This document shows, in pieces, positions 13,701-26,862 of a DNA stretch of 64,000 nucleotides. This DNA comes from Gordius albopunctatus (Eukaryota). A model generated the notes under the pieces. The model saw only the letters and a list, made by a program, of their open reading frames with translations, was not told where the DNA came from and searched no databases. Position 1 is the first letter of the stretch. Every line of letters begins with the position of its first letter. The position numbers were made by a program, and so were the translations under genes. The stretch is taken from contig OZ193909.1 of assembly GCA_964276515.1 (NCBI GenBank), forward strand, positions 15,252,001 through 15,316,000, read 5' to 3'.

Positions 13701-16700
13701 ACTCCAATTCTCAGGTAGCGATATGTTAAGATACAAGATAAATAAATATATATGTGTAATAACTAGAGAGACGACAATGGGAAATTAATGATGCCAAAAG
13801 GACTGACCACCAACAAAGGTGACTGACAGTGATAGGAAAGAAATTATATATACAACAAAAACGGCATAAGACTACTAAAATGTCAGGCCATTTTACAATG
13901 AGGCCACTCTAGGGCGCTGCCATACGTTAAATATACTCAACATTAACCAGGATCTGAATGGGAGCAATCGATCCTTTTTTATTTGGCGCATTTCATGGCG
14001 TATCCATTAAAAACTATGAATTTTTATGAGAATTTGAAACTATCAAAATTATAAATTTAAAAGTTTTAGCTATGTTCGGCCCCTACTTTTCGACGTGTGG
14101 GGCTCAAATGTCAAATATCGATCTTTCACGACATAGATCTCTATTTGCAGCAACAATTAGGCCATCATTAATATAATTTAATCAAAAATTTGTACACAAA
14201 AGCTATTTTTTGCTAACGAACTAATGATTCAACCATAAATCCTATCAAAAAGCAATGGTTAAGCTTTTTATTAAGGCATAATAAATTCCTATCAAATTTA
14301 TAGTCCAATAAATCATATCTACAATGCATATTACAGGTATGATTTATTTTTATAGCTGTTTCCCGTTCCCAAAAGCAACTCCGATATTTCACACCTTTAA
14401 AACCTCGTGTCGAATCAAATATTTATTCACAAAAATTACTAAATTCGATCGGAATTTTAGGATTGGATTTATGGGATGCGACCACCGTATTTTGAATGTT
14501 GAGGAAAAAGTCGAGGAAAGCCGGGTCAGCTGGCAAAATTTCGGCCAAGAGGGTATACGTTTTGTAATCCGGGGCGACCTGACGTATTAAATATTCAAAA
14601 TAAACAAGTTATATCGTTGCAAATTGAGGTATCTTAACACACACACATACATACATATACCGTAAGTTGTGCTTCATCATTATACATCTTTCCAATATTT
14701 TTCCCCTTAAACTTAAATTCCGTAAACATAGTAAACTTTTCAAATACATTCAATTGATTTGTTCGCTAAAGAATTAAATAACTATTATATGGATTTCACC
14801 AAATTTCCAGTTAAGCCTTTATTGGCCTTCTTCGCTAAATTAGTGAACGCCATTGGTGTAGGCAAGGGGGGGGGCTACCCCCCCTCCAAATACAAAAATT
14901 TGTTACAATTATGGCTAGTATTTCAAAAAGATTATTTGCCACTCCCTAAATCATTATTGCCCCCCCCCTCTAATTCCAATGCTGGATACGCCCATGGTAA
15001 AAGCACCAACAAAATTATATACCTTTTGTATATATAGCATTCAAAAAGGACAAATCTAAAATGTAAAAAAAGGAATGGCCCATCAAGTTAGTGTTAATTC
15101 TTCATATCAGAGGTCAGATTTGTTGGGAATTTTCTGCCCAAACCCGGCCCGACTAAATTTTTTACCTTCATTGCCCGCCTGAACCCTTCTAAGTGTCGGC
15201 TCAGCCATGCCCAAACCATTAGAGCTGCCCGGCCTGATTAATAAAAATTTTCCCGGTAGACCCGAAATTATCCAATCCCAAAATCTTTAGCCACTATTAC
15301 AAAATAAGCAATGGCATATTGATCCAAACAAAGATGACAATATTTTATTATTCATATCGTAGACAATTTCCGGGTATAATCTTGTGCGTCTTTCCTCTAT
15401 TAATCTTCCTGCGATAGAAAAACTTTTTTCACTAGCAGCACTCGTCGCCGGGATGGCAAAGAGTATTTTTTAAACCTTGTTAATTTAGGATACCTAAAAT
15501 AGTTATAATTTTTAATAACTTTAATGTGACTTGTTTGCTTTATTTTTCTATCTTGTTTTTTTAGTTGTTAAGAAATTAAATGAATTACAATTATGCGCAT
15601 TGTTAGAAAATGGCATGAGCCTTTGTTCTAAGTCTAGACAGCACACATGTGTAGTGTATTGCGAACAATGAAATGGCTTTGGCTACTACATAAATATAAA
15701 TAATCCAATCCTTTCCATAATGGAGTAGGGCAAAGATTTATCTGAACGCGATAAAAATGTAATAAAATAACTTACTACCAGAGAGTAAAATGGTTTCTTC
15801 CATAGTATTAGATTAGAGTAGCAGTTTACAAGGGCGTAGCCAGCATTAAAATTAGAGGGGGGCAATAATGATTTAGGGAGGGGCAAAATAATCATTTTTT
15901 GAAAATTTAGCCATAATTTTAATACATTGTAACAAAATTTTGAGTTTAGAGGGGGGCAGCTGCCCCTTCCTGCCTTCCCCCTTGTCTACGCCCATGACAG
16001 TTTAAATCGTTGTGATTTTATTCTTTTATAATATAATCTGAAAATTAAAAATTTTTGATCTTGAGACAAACCAGTTAAACTAATTTATTCGAAATAAAAT
16101 TTAATTTTGAAGAAATTGAAATTAGGACATTATATAAACGTACAATGAAGATTTAAGCGATGGAAAAAAATCTAGTCAAATTTATTATGGCCCAAAATTG
16201 TTTATAAGCGAATTTTTCTTTTTCCAAGGAAAATTAATTTGATAAAATTTTGGGCATGCCCGAATCGCCCGAATCTTATCAGCGTGCCCGCCCGGGCCCA
16301 CCCGAAAATTAAAATTTAGGTCTCTGCTTCATATATCAAAAGATAGGCGCTACTAAAACAAGTTTAGCCCCTCGATTCTGTTAGTTAAAGTGAAAATGCA
16401 AAATTTTCTAAGAAAAAAGGAGAAAACACCAAGAAGTTCCTGAATAAGCATCGAGTGAGATATGCGAAATGTGTAGTAATTTACGTTATACTTGGCCATG
16501 GTGCGCAAAAAGCCGTTTAAGCCCCCTAGCACAGCTAACTTTTGCCAGGGTTGACGTAGGTGCGGTGCGACGTGGTCGAGAAAGGATTCAAAATGAAGGT
16601 TGCCCATTTCGGGTGGGAACATTGAGCCGTCTAGGATGGAATAATCCCCTTTTTGAGTCTCTAGTGACCCCATATCGGGAATTCCAACTTCACTCAACGC

Positions 16701-18509
16701 TAAAGTTTCTAACTCTGTCTCATTTTCTATGAATGCGACATCTGATACTTGACCTGGTAAAAGCTTGGTAAGGCTTTGAACTTCGTTTTGCACAAATGAC
16801 TTTTCGTCTAAGGGCAGCAAATTGTGTTTGGTGGCCAAACTAAGCGCATTTTTCAAAGAATCTAAGTCCACACGACGTCCTAAATCTACCATTCCAAGTT
16901 TAGAGTTGGGACTAGGTGGTAGGGGTCCTGATAAGTTACAATCCCGCAAACACCTGAGCAAAGCATTGAAATGAATGAGACCCGGCGGGGATGAGCACAA
17001 GCATAAAAGACGTCGCCAAACCTAAATTACGAAAAATTTAAAAAGTTTGTACTTTTTTAAAACGGGGATGTTATTCAGATGCCATGTTCATAATCAGTGG
17101 TAAATTGACAAAAATCTCGAGAAATAAAAATCCTAAATTATAAAAATGTTTAGCAATGTCCCCCCATCAAGTGAACATTCAAACCTAAAATTGAGCTACA
17201 TTGGTTGTACAATTGAAAAATAATGTTCAAGCTCAAATGTAATCGCATGAGGCAAAGGGCTTTACCTTTAGTGCTAGAGCAAGACCATTGTCGGTGTTTT
17301 GAGTGCATGCTATCAATAATTGAACAAATGTGTCATAGCCTGGTTGAATTTTATGTTTAACATGCATTTCATCAACCAATGCAAAGGACTGAATAATATC
17401 CCCATTTTTGCCATAGGCTTTGATCATGGCATTATAAATGTAACGATTAGGTTGAATGCCCTTATTGAATAAAATATATAATAATATTTTAGCAATCAGA
17501 TTAGATAAATATATATAAAATGCTATTTGTTCAAATTATAATTATAAATGTGGTATAGGAATAGGATATACTTTGATTGCAATATATTCTCGCAAGTAGT
17601 TTAATTTTTCCAATGCATATTTTTTATCAGGGCATTCTGCACACGAGTTGATTAGACTTGTATAGACTGATTCATGGATGTTGAATCCATAGTCCCTCAT
17701 CTGTAAGTAAAATAGCAAGTTATTTAGCTACTAAAGTAATAGAACATGTAAAATCTATTTTATCAATGATTATAATAGATTTAAATACCTTTTTAAACAA
17801 TTCAAATGCCTTCAAGGTGTAACCTGCATGACCACATGCACATATTAATTCATGAAAGATTAATCTGAGTTGAAATTCTACCATTTTTAATGGAGGTAAT
17901 CCATCTGTTTTGACCATTTCCACTTCAAACAATTGTAGAGCTTTTTTCAACTTTGATATTATAATTATATGAGCTTTTTACAGAGTATAAATATATATAA
18001 ATTAAAATGTGTTTTATCAAAGTGACAGTAGTGATGTTTAGATAAAATTTATTATAAAAATAAATAAATAGATAATTACTTGTCCTTCTTTGATTAGCTC
18101 TTTTACTTTCAACCAGTACCAATTTGGACTATTCTTTTTAAAAAAAGGCTTAGAAGATAATTCAAGCTTGGCTTCAATTTCATTTTCCTTTGTGTAATCA
18201 AAATCAATTGTTTGTTTAACAGCGGTATCATCAAAACACTTGCTAATTTCAATGTCTAAAAATAAAATTAAAGGTTAAATAATTGTTGAAATAAGTTAAC
18301 AGCATGATTATAGTTAGGATTTAAGATGAGGGTGAAATTTTAACAATAGTTTAAAGGGGGAAAAATTATAATCTTTAAAGTTTATAACTAAATGTTAATT
18401 ATAAGATTCTATAATGTGACGGTCACACTGTCCAGGTTTATTAATGAAAATGTAATCACACCTGAACTTGAGTCGATAGTTTCCAATGGTAATTTTAATT
18501 TTCCAAATT
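10710..18509 (-). CDS. PTCD1: Pentatricopeptide repeat-containing protein 1, mitochondrial (spliced; 5' exon(s) not resolved)
   Basis: Phase-consistent GT-AG exons: 18509-18462 (tentative), 18255-18080, 17950-17789, 17700-17572, 17460-17266, 17021-16485, 14578-14440, 12096-11849, 11204-11016 and 10928-10710 (TAA). Peptides NSPNWYWLKVKELIKEGQLKKALQLFE, LICACGHAGYTLKAFELF, GLALALKVWR, GFLRTMAKYNVAPDYKTYTLLAEIL and FRQDYETWLRQVKVETLPHPWQAF parallel recalled animal PTCD1 motifs. Confidence 0.88.
12471..13724. mobile_element. Non-autonomous TIR DNA transposon in a PTCD1 intron
   Basis: Perfect 36-bp TIR atatcgctacctgagaattggagtgctctatctgca at both ends. AT-rich non-coding interior. TSD unclear, so superfamily not assigned. 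Confidence 0.8.
14851..14996. mobile_element. MITE, catgggcgtagc-TIR family
   Basis: cattggtgtaggc ... ggatacgcccatg. Degenerate TSD gtgaacgc / gtaaaagc. Confidence 0.65.
15108..16326 (-). mobile_element. Non-autonomous hAT element with a transposase C-terminal remnant
   Basis: Ends cagaggtcagattt / aaatttaggtctctg. Exact 8-bp TSD cttcatat at 15100-15107 and 16327-16334. Subterminal cccga motifs. Minus-strand remnant AIPATSAASEKSFSIAGRLIEERRTRL at about 15380-15470. Confidence 0.85.
15829..15996. mobile_element. MITE, catgggcgtagc-TIR family, nested in the hAT element
   Basis: caagggcgtagcc ... tctacgcccatg. TSD gcagttta / acagttta (7/8). Confidence 0.75.
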
Positions 18510-18877
18510 CTAATAAATATGACAATATATAGTATTAAGGTATGGTACCAGTGGATGTTATATACGATCTTATATATCCATTCTTATTCGCAATTAAACG
18601 TGTTGAGAACGCCCACATTTTAAATTTAGTATGCACTTCTTACCAACTCGTCAGATCACCTAAATACATATGATCCGAATGTGAATCTGGTTCAATTGAC
18701 AAAAGGACATATGTAAAATAAACCGCATTTGGATACATATTTAAAATAATAATAAAATCGCATTAGATATATATATTAAATATAAAAATATTATATAATG
18801 GTAATGAAACCAATCATTTTTAATAATTTGTAAGAGTTATTTAACTTAAGAAAGAGTGTTTATACTTATTATTATAT

Positions 18878-19108
18878 CTGATGCGGGGGAAGGGGGGGGG
18901 CATGGTGGGTGTTTTGCCCCCCCCCCTTATTTTTTACCCTCTTTTTGATGCGGGGGAAAGGGGGGGCATGGTGGGTGTTTTGCCCCCCCCCCCTATTTTT
19001 TACCCTCTTTCTGATGCGGGGGAAAGGGGGGGGGCATGGTGGGTGTTTTGCCCCCCCCCCAATTTTTTACCCTCTTTCTTACCCGGGGAGGGGGGGGAAT
19101 GGGGGTAG
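18878..19108 (-). repeat. About 3 copies of the 67-70 bp G/C-run satellite, inverted relative to 20310-21300
   Basis: tctgatgcgggggaaaggggggggcatggtgggtgttttgccccccccc...ttttttaccctcttt is the reverse complement of the downstream unit. Confidence 0.9.
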
Positions 19109-20309
19109 GTAATTTGACTCCCGGCCCTTTTTTTATCATTTTAAATGACAATAAATAGAAAACGACTATAAAGTGAGATTTATCTGGCCATTCGAGAGCA
19201 GATTTTGAATTCAATTAAAAATTATTATTTTTTAAAATTCTTTATTCTAAATTAATGACAGCTAACAGATCCTCCTCTAAATATTCCCGGCATTTTTTTA
19301 AAAATAATCAATAGCAATTTTAATCACAAAATTTAATTTCATATATGTTTTGAATTCCTCGCCTCTTGTAAAAGATAAAGACTTATTTATTTTATATTTG
19401 TAGCATTTTAAATTAATTGTATTAATTAAAATTATATTATTAAACTCTATTTTCAATATCAGAGAACAACATCCCGCGCGACTCAGACATATCACCACCC
19501 CCATGTAGATATAATATATATATATACTAATGCACCCACTCTCTCCCTTCTCTCGTTGCAATGTGCAATACCATATTTAAACATATCAGATTTAAGTTAA
19601 GTTCTAAACTAAATAAATAAATTATGGCACAACAAGGCGGCATGGTGGGGGTGGGAGTGGGCTTGCTAGGCTCTTTATCATACCATTTTAAATTCATTTC
19701 TTTTTTCACGTATAACATTAACATGTCTACGAATTGTTACGATGGAAATACCTTAAGTTTTTCCATTAAATGCCCAGATAACTTAAATAGTAAAACTTAC
19801 TTACCAATGATGGCAAATTTTTTTAAATTGGTAAAACTACATATAAATATTATATTTAATAATACAGCTTATTTCTTAAATAATGTTAAATTAAAAATTT
19901 TTATTTTAATTGATATGGTATATTAAGACAATTGTTGACCGCAAATCTTCAAAAATATATTTTCTAACATTAGAAAAACGTTGTCATTTAATAAGTCAAT
20001 TTTCAAAAAAAATATAAATTTTAATAGAAAATGTTGATCATGACATTTGTCACCACTGTGACCCCAAATCTTCCCAAATTTTTTTCTCTAATAGTAGAAC
20101 ATCTTTTAGTCATATAATAAATCTATTTTCAAAAAAAAATTAATTTTAATAGAAAATGTTGATTATGACATTTGTCACCACTGTGACGGGGAAAATTCAA
20201 AAAAATATTTTGAAAGGGTTAAAAAGAGCTTTCCGCCCCCCCCCCCGGATGAGAAATAGGGTAAAAAATAAGAAGAGGGGCGAATCACCCCCTCCCCCCT
20301 CACCTGGGA

Positions 20310-21300
20310 ATCAGAAAGAGGGTAAAAAATTGGGGGGGGGGGGCAAAACACCCACCATGCCCCCCCCCTTTCCTCCCATCAAAAAGAGGGTAAAAAATAA
20401 GGGGGGGGCAAAATACCCACCATGCCCCCCCCCTTCCCCCGCATCAGAAAGAGGGTAAAAAATAAGGGGGGGGCAAAACACCCACCATGCCCCCCCCCTT
20501 TCCTCCCATCAAAAAGAGGGTAAAAAATTAAGGGGGGGGGCAAAACACCCACCATGCCCACCCCCTTTCCCCCGCATCAGAAAGAGGGTAAAAAATAAAG
20601 GGGGGGGCAAAACACCCACCATGCCCACCCCCTTTCCCCCGCATCAGAAAGAGGGAAAAAAATTAAGGGGGGGGGGGCAAAACACCCACCATGCCCACCC
20701 CCTTTCCCCCGCATCAGAAAGAGGGTAAAAAATAAAGGGGGGGGGGCAAAACACCCACCATGCCCACCCCCTTTCCCCCGCATCAGAAAGAGGGTAAAAA
20801 ATAAAGGGGGGGGCAAAACACCCACCATGCCCACCCCCTTTCCCCCGCATCAGAAAGAGGGTAAAAAATTAAGGGGGGGGGGCAAAACACCCACCATGCC
20901 CACCCCCTTTCCCCCGCATCAGAAAGAGGGTAAAAAATTAAGGGGGGGGGGGCAAAACACCCACCATGCCCACCCCCTTTCCCCCGCATCAGAAAGAGGG
21001 TAAAAAATAAAGGGGGGGGGGCAAAACACCCACCATGCCCACCCCCTTTCCCCCGCATCAGAAAGAGGGTAAAAAATAAAGGGGGGGGGGCAAAACACCC
21101 ACCATGCCCACCCCCTTTCCCCCGCATCAGAAAGAGGGTAAAAAATAAAGGGGGGGGGGGCAAAACACCCACCATGCCCACCCCCTTTCCCCCGCATCAG
21201 AAAGAGGGTAAAAAATAAAGGGGGGGGGCAAAACACCCACCATGCCCACCCCCTTTCCCCCGCATCAGAAAGAGGGTAAAAAATAAAGGGGGGGGGGCAA
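20310..21300 (+). repeat. Tandem satellite, about 15 copies of 67-70 bp
   Basis: Unit gcatcagaaagagggtaaaaaataaa(g)n caaaacacccaccatgcccaccccctttccccc. Starts at 20574, 20641, 20711, 20780 and onward. Length varies mainly in the G-run. Confidence 0.95.
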
Positions 21301-22539
21301 ATCTTCACAAAAATATAATTTACTAGAGATTAGATTATAATACTTTTCACTATGACGTCACAATGGGAAAAGTTTCCAATCAGTGACGTCATGATACATC
21401 TATTTTTATTTTCTTAAAAGTTCATTAACTAAATCTAAATACAGCGAATATGATAAAAATACAAACAAATTGATATATTTGCATGCCCAACCCAAAACGA
21501 CCAAGACCAAACCAAAAGGTTAAATATATTATCCACCCAAACCCTTTAGGTGTTTAATACACCCAAACCTAAACGCTAAGGGTGGCCCACAAAAAAACAC
21601 CCAAAACGCTTTGGGTGTTTTTTACGAAAACGCCAAACGCCAAAGCCCTCCCAAGAAAATTCACCTAACACTGATAGGGTTGGGTGGAAAAAAACGCCAA
21701 CGCTTGCAGGCGACCAATAGAAACCCTTGGTTTTTTACAACACTAATATCTAGTATAGGCTTTTATTTGATGAAATTAAGCTCTAACAATTAGCAAATGA
21801 CAATATTTTAGCTTTGTTTCATAATCTAATTTTATAGTTTTAAGAGTTTATACTTTATAGTAAATATTATTAAAGCTTAGCAATTTAATAAACAAAAATT
21901 CTAAATTAATGAACTTATTATACTATGTTTATTAAGTAACATAATTATAATTTTCTTTTTAATCTACAATAAATTAAATTTGATACAAAACAAATATGCA
22001 GAAATCTTGATTTTTACACAAAAATTACCATTTTAATAGTTGTATATAATGTTTATAGACATTTAATGTAGATTTTTTCTTGAATATAACCTTATAGGAT
22101 GTATTTTTTTTAAAGGGTCAAGACTTCCTTAAGTTTCGACGACTCTATTTTTTGTTTGTTTTTAAGTTTTTTTCAGCCAAATTTTCAATATTTATAGTTC
22201 CTACCTTATTTAATATTTTCTTATTATATCAACCATAAAATTAAAAAAGTTATGAGCAAAATTAGTCATATTCAGTAAGAAACTTTACTTAAGAGTTATC
22301 TAAAAATCTCCTGCATTTTTATGAATATCAGTATTAATTTAAGGAATCATTTATATAACCTATTTATATCTTGCACAAGCTTTTATTTGATGAAATTAAG
22401 CTTTAACAATTAACAAATGATAATATTCTAGCTTTGTTGTATAATCTAAGGATTTATAGGAAGAACTGATACACTCCTCCTAAAAAATCATAGAATGTTA
22501 TAAATAAACTTACAGATAAGGGATGTAGGAACAATAGTT

Positions 22540-24566
22540 CGCGTTTAAAAGACTGCCTTTCGGTCTCAGCCTAAGTGCGCCCGTGTTTCAGAAGACCATG
22601 GCGTCAATATTTCAAGGTCTTTCTGGTGTGTTTTACTACTTAGACGACGTTCTGGTAGTGGGAGCTACAATGAATGAGCACGACAATAACTTGTTGGCAG
22701 TGTTGGAACGCATACAGGAACGAGGTTTACGGGTACAGCGTAATAAATGCGCTATAGGAGTGACAGAACTAAAATATTTGGGGCATCAATTGGGTGATGG
22801 AGTCGTTCGTCTCTTACAAAGCAAGGTGGATGCGATCCTTAAGATGCGACCACCTCAAAATAAGAAAGAGACGCTATCCTTTCTGGGATGGGTGAATTAC
22901 TACAACAGGTTTATGCCTCAAATTGCGGGGATAGCGGCACCTTTGCACTTGTTGACAACGGACAAGGTAAGATTTGTATGGCGGACCGAGGAGCAGGAAG
23001 CGTTCGACGCGTTAAAGAAGATGTTAACGGAAGGCCCTGTGCTGACATGCTTTGTTCCCGATCTACCATCAGCTGTAGCGGTGGATGCGTCTCAGCTAGG
23101 TGTAGGCGGTGTGCTGTTGCATATAATTGGTCAGGAGGAACACCCAATCTTATACTTTTCACGAAAATTTCCAAAGCAGAACGTAATTACTCGGTGATAG
23201 AAAAAGAAGCTTTGGCGGTGGTAGTTAGTTTGACCCGTTGCCGTGAATACTTGATTGGTCGAAGTTTCGATATTTTTACCGACCATAAACCGCTGGTATC
23301 ACTTTTTGCAAAGGACAATAGGGATCTGTTGTTAAGTCCGAGGCTGCAAAAATGGTTATTAGCGCTGGGAAATTTCAATGCAACATTAAAATACCGCAAG
23401 GGTAAGTCAAATCATTTGCCAGACACATTATCAAGATTGGGAAACGATAATGATGGCCTAACATGCGAAGAGTTAGAAGGCGAAAACTTCGCAGAAATAA
23501 ACGTAATAACACAAAATTGCGGTGACGTCGACCTTGCAAAACTAACCCAAGAGGATCCGAACTTAGTTTTGGTGTTAAATTACTTGACGGGAAAGGGTAC
23601 GCTAGAAACGGTACCATCTACTTATCAAGGCTTGATAAATGAACTGGAGGTCAACAACAACGTGTTACTACGCCACGAAAACGTAGTAGTTCCGTCGGTG
23701 TTGTGACCGCAAGTGCTCGAATTACTTCATGCAGGTCATACGGGCAGAGTCAAGATGATAGGTCTAGCGAAAAGACACGTCTGGTGGCCCAATATATCGC
23801 GAGATATTAACCTGTTTGTGGGACAATGCGGGCAATGCGAAAAACTGGCCAGGACGCCGAGACAGGACAGAGGGGCGAGATGGCCGTCAACGAAGCAGGT
23901 TTGGGAAAGAATACACCTGGACTTCTTTGAATTTGAAAGAAAACGGTATATTATACTCGTAAATGCGCACTCTAGTTGGGTAGAATATAAGCAAGTGAGC
24001 AAGTTGTCTACGGATGTAGTGGTAGAGTTCTTAAAAGATCTGGTAGGAGCTTATGGTATACCGAAGACGATTGTATCCGACAACGGCACTGCTTTTACCA
24101 GCGTCGAGTTCAAGGAATATTGTAGTAAATGGGGTATACAGCATTTACTTACACCTCCGTATCATCCGAGTACGAATGGACTCGCGGAAAGGCACGTGGC
24201 TGTGGTGAAACGATGGTTGAATAACGCTAAGGTCGAAAAGGACGGGACTTGGCTTTATCGACTTTACCACAACGTCGCACCAAGGGTCCCTTCTCTACAT
24301 CCGGTTAGCGAGATGTTTCTGGGCCGTTTGCCACACACGCCTGTTGATACGATGTTACAATCAGCGCAATCGGACACCAGATCACGGGGCGATTCTAAAT
24401 TTAAAATTGGTGATGCGGTGTAGGCGCGTAATTATATTGGTAAAGAGAAATGGTTAGAGGCTAAGATCCTATCTCCGAAAGGTACGAAAATGTACGAGAT
24501 AGAGGTTCTAGCTTCTCCTGGTAGACACGTGCGACACGTGGAGCAGTTACGCTCTAGATTGATATA
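22540..24566 (+). pseudogene. Gypsy pol remnant (RT, RNase H, integrase)
   Basis: YYLDD, YLGH, VDAS..GVGGVL, ERNYSVIEKEALAVV, TDHKPL, LHAGHTG...WWP...CGQC, WERIHLDF, IVSDNG, PYHPSTNGLAER. Frameshift at about 23165 and in-frame stops at 23704 and 24421. Confidence 0.9.
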
Positions 24567-24590
24567 ATAATCTTTTGATATTTTATCTAG

Positions 24591-25292
24591 ATGGAATACC
24601 GTACCGAATGGGTGGTCGTAGAAGTGCGTTTGAGAGCGGTAGCCCACGGACAAAGGGGGAGGCCAAGACCTGTTGTGTTTGAGGTCAGAGAGAGGCGGCC
24701 TATGGAACCCTACATTAGCGTGCTGCACGAGAACACTCGCACGGATGAAAGGGCGTCGGGTCGGCACGGACGGGCAACTCGTCACGAGGCAGCTAGACCT
24801 CATTCGGGCAGGCAGAGTGACGCGGTACACAGATACCGTGGCCAGCGCCGGGGTTTAGCTGGACGGGTTGACCTGGGGCGGCAGCAAAGTGTGGCCCCGC
24901 CTGCGGTCCGAAATATACCGACACCAGGTACATCGGTTCGCCAGGGACGTCCTGAGGCACGGACGGGGGAAAGAAGGAGACCGTCGCGGGGTCCGCAGGA
25001 AGGACGGCCGGCAGCACCAAGGCAAGCTAGAGCCTTCTGCGGGGGATGCAGAAGCTGGCACCGTTTGCCAAGGTGTAGACGAGGGATCCCGTCCAGACCG
25101 GCAAGGCAAGAAAGGACGGTGGAGCCGGTAGAAACCTTGACGACGGTGGAGCCGGTACGTGTGGAAGGGGTTACGATGGACACCAGCCAGGTCGTGGTCA
25201 ACCCGGAGAAAGAATTGATATTATTAGGAAATACGCCCGGGCGGGACAGCACGGACCTGGTGGTCCCTCATTTTGAAAGGATGAGGTGTTAG
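24591..25292 (+). CDS. Extra Arg-rich ORF (233 aa) between pol and the 3' LTR, function unknown
   Basis: Uninterrupted GC-rich ORF. The ATG is directly preceded by an acceptor-like ttttatctag. Contains CGGCRSWHRLPRC (C-x2-C-x3-H-x4-C). The stop lies in the first bases of the LTR. Confidence 0.45.
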   Translation: MEYRTEWVVVEVRLRAVAHGQRGRPRPVVFEVRERRPMEPYISVLHENTRTDERASGRHGRATRHEAARPHSGRQSDAVHRYRGQRRGLAGRVDLGRQQSVAPPAVRNIPTPGTSVRQGRPEARTGERRRPSRGPQEGRPAAPRQARAFCGGCRSWHRLPRCRRGIPSRPARQERTVEPVETLTTVEPVRVEGVTMDTSQVVVNPEKELILLGNTPGRDSTDLVVPHFERMRC

Positions 25293-25562
25293 GATCAGTA
25301 ACCTTTTTCATGCGTGTATTATTAGGATAACTACCATTTTGTTTATAATGTAACGAATAGACAAAGTATCTGGTTGTATAATCGCATGTGGTGCATATCA
25401 CCTATCTTTTCTATTGTATAACCTGACATACCGCGTGATGTATGAAAATTTGAATATTGTTGGTGCTAAAACGTGGTTGTTAGGAATATTGTAAAAGGGA
25501 ATATATATTATAATTCGCGACATACACTGAATAAACCAATAAAGCCCTCAAGGATTAAATCG

Positions 25563-25833
25563 TATGTATGTATGTATGTATGTATGTATGTATGTATGTA
25601 TGTATGTATGTATGTATGTATGTATGTATGTATGTATGTATGTATGTATGTATGTATGTATGTATGTATGTATGTATGTATGTATGTATGTATGTATGTA
25701 TGTATGTATGTATGTATGTATGTATGTATGTATGTATGTATGTATGTATGTATGTATGTATGTATGTATGTATGTATGTATGTATGTATGTATGTATGTA
25801 TGTATGTATGTATGTATGTATGTATGTATGTAT
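25563..25833. repeat. (TATG)n microsatellite, about 67 units
   Basis: Perfect array visible directly. It accounts for the spurious MYVC/HTYI ORFs. Confidence 0.98.
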
Positions 25834-26862
25834 ATATAAGCCCCGATGACAAACAAGTAGCTAAATCGGCAGGCTAAGATTGAGTCCCATCTGACACCAT
25901 AGGCGCATCTCGGGCCATGCTAACCAGAGGTTACGTGTTCAGTTGTTAGTAGGTTAGTGATTAGTGTGTTAGTATGTTAAAGTGAAGATCAGTATTTTTA
26001 GTAGCTGGAAGCAATAAAGTAAAAGCCGACCATGCAAGCTAATAGTAAAAGTATAATAGTATAAGCATATAAATATAGGATACCACCATTCCTTATTCTG
26101 GCAAGAGGACTTGCAGGCTTTCCATTGTTTGTTAGTTTGGGCGTCAGACTCGGGTTCATGGTTAGATGGTGTGGAAAGAAAGTACCTATCCTCGGTCTAA
26201 GGGATAGATCTGATCATTTATTTTGGATGCTGTAGGCTTCAGACACAGCTCGAAGTTGAGGTGATTAGGAAGGGATATTTTGAAGGGAAATTGGAGGCAG
26301 AAAAGGCTTTCCGAGCGCATCTTTTTTGCATTATGGGGATTATAGTATTCCACTCGTGGTTAAGAGAGCGGAGTTCGAAAAAAGTTTTGTGGATCCAGGA
26401 ACCTCGACATTTTAGATTTTTTAGTTGGGGGGGGGGGGTCTCCATAGAATTGATTTTCTAGTCTGGTGGGCTAGGAAGTTCCATTTCCGTGATATAATTA
26501 TGTTTTTTATGGGAGGGATTTCGCAAAGGGTCCAGAGGTTTGGATTGCTAATTACCTCAGGGTAGAATATTTTATAAATTATTTTGAGCATTTTATTTAG
26601 TTTGGTTGGGGCCGCTTTTATGGTCGAACCTTTTAGGGAGCATGTTTCGCATCCATAGAGGAATATAGGTAATATGGTGGTTTTGAACAGCCGAAGGCGG
26701 GTCGGTAGAGCCAGTTCGTTGGATTTCCAGATTGAATAGCATGAATAAAATCTCTTTAGAGCTTTAGATAATTTATTAGAGGCATCTTGGTGGGAGTATT
26801 TGTCTGAAGAAAGAAGAACTCCTAAGTAGTTTATTGAATCTGAAAAAGGGATTAATGATCCG
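25563..26862 (-). mobile_element. 5'-truncated RTE-like LINE with (CATA)n 3' tail
   Basis: Minus strand reads IPFSDSINYLGV ... ALKRFYSCYSIWKSNELALPTRLRLFKTTILPIFLYGCET, the end of RT and post-RT motif of RTE-type LINEs. It runs through a 3' UTR into the (CATA)n array. Confidence 0.7.

Larger units (their letters stand above)
22537..25560 (+). mobile_element. Ty3/Gypsy (Mag/K02A2.6-like) LTR retrotransposon, 5'-truncated
   Basis: Begins inside RT (FKRLPFGL), then RT-RNaseH-integrase order. Polypurine tract gaaaggatgagg at 25275-25286 followed by TG at 25287, the start of the 3' LTR, which has a TATA-like stretch and two AATAAA. Confidence 0.88.

Noticed and set aside
17865..17881. gtagaatttcaactcag inside a PTCD1 exon as a 17-nt micro-intron
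   Set aside because: Removing it would break the frame. The sequence reads through as a short insertion.
18881..21308. Gly/Pro-rich ORFs, and CRISPR-like regularity of the 67-70 bp array
   Set aside because: Units are near-identical with no unique spacers, G-run length changes shift frames freely, the context is eukaryotic, and there are no cas genes.
25473..25877. ORFs made of MYVC / HTYI repeats
   Set aside because: Translation artefacts of the (TATG)n microsatellite.
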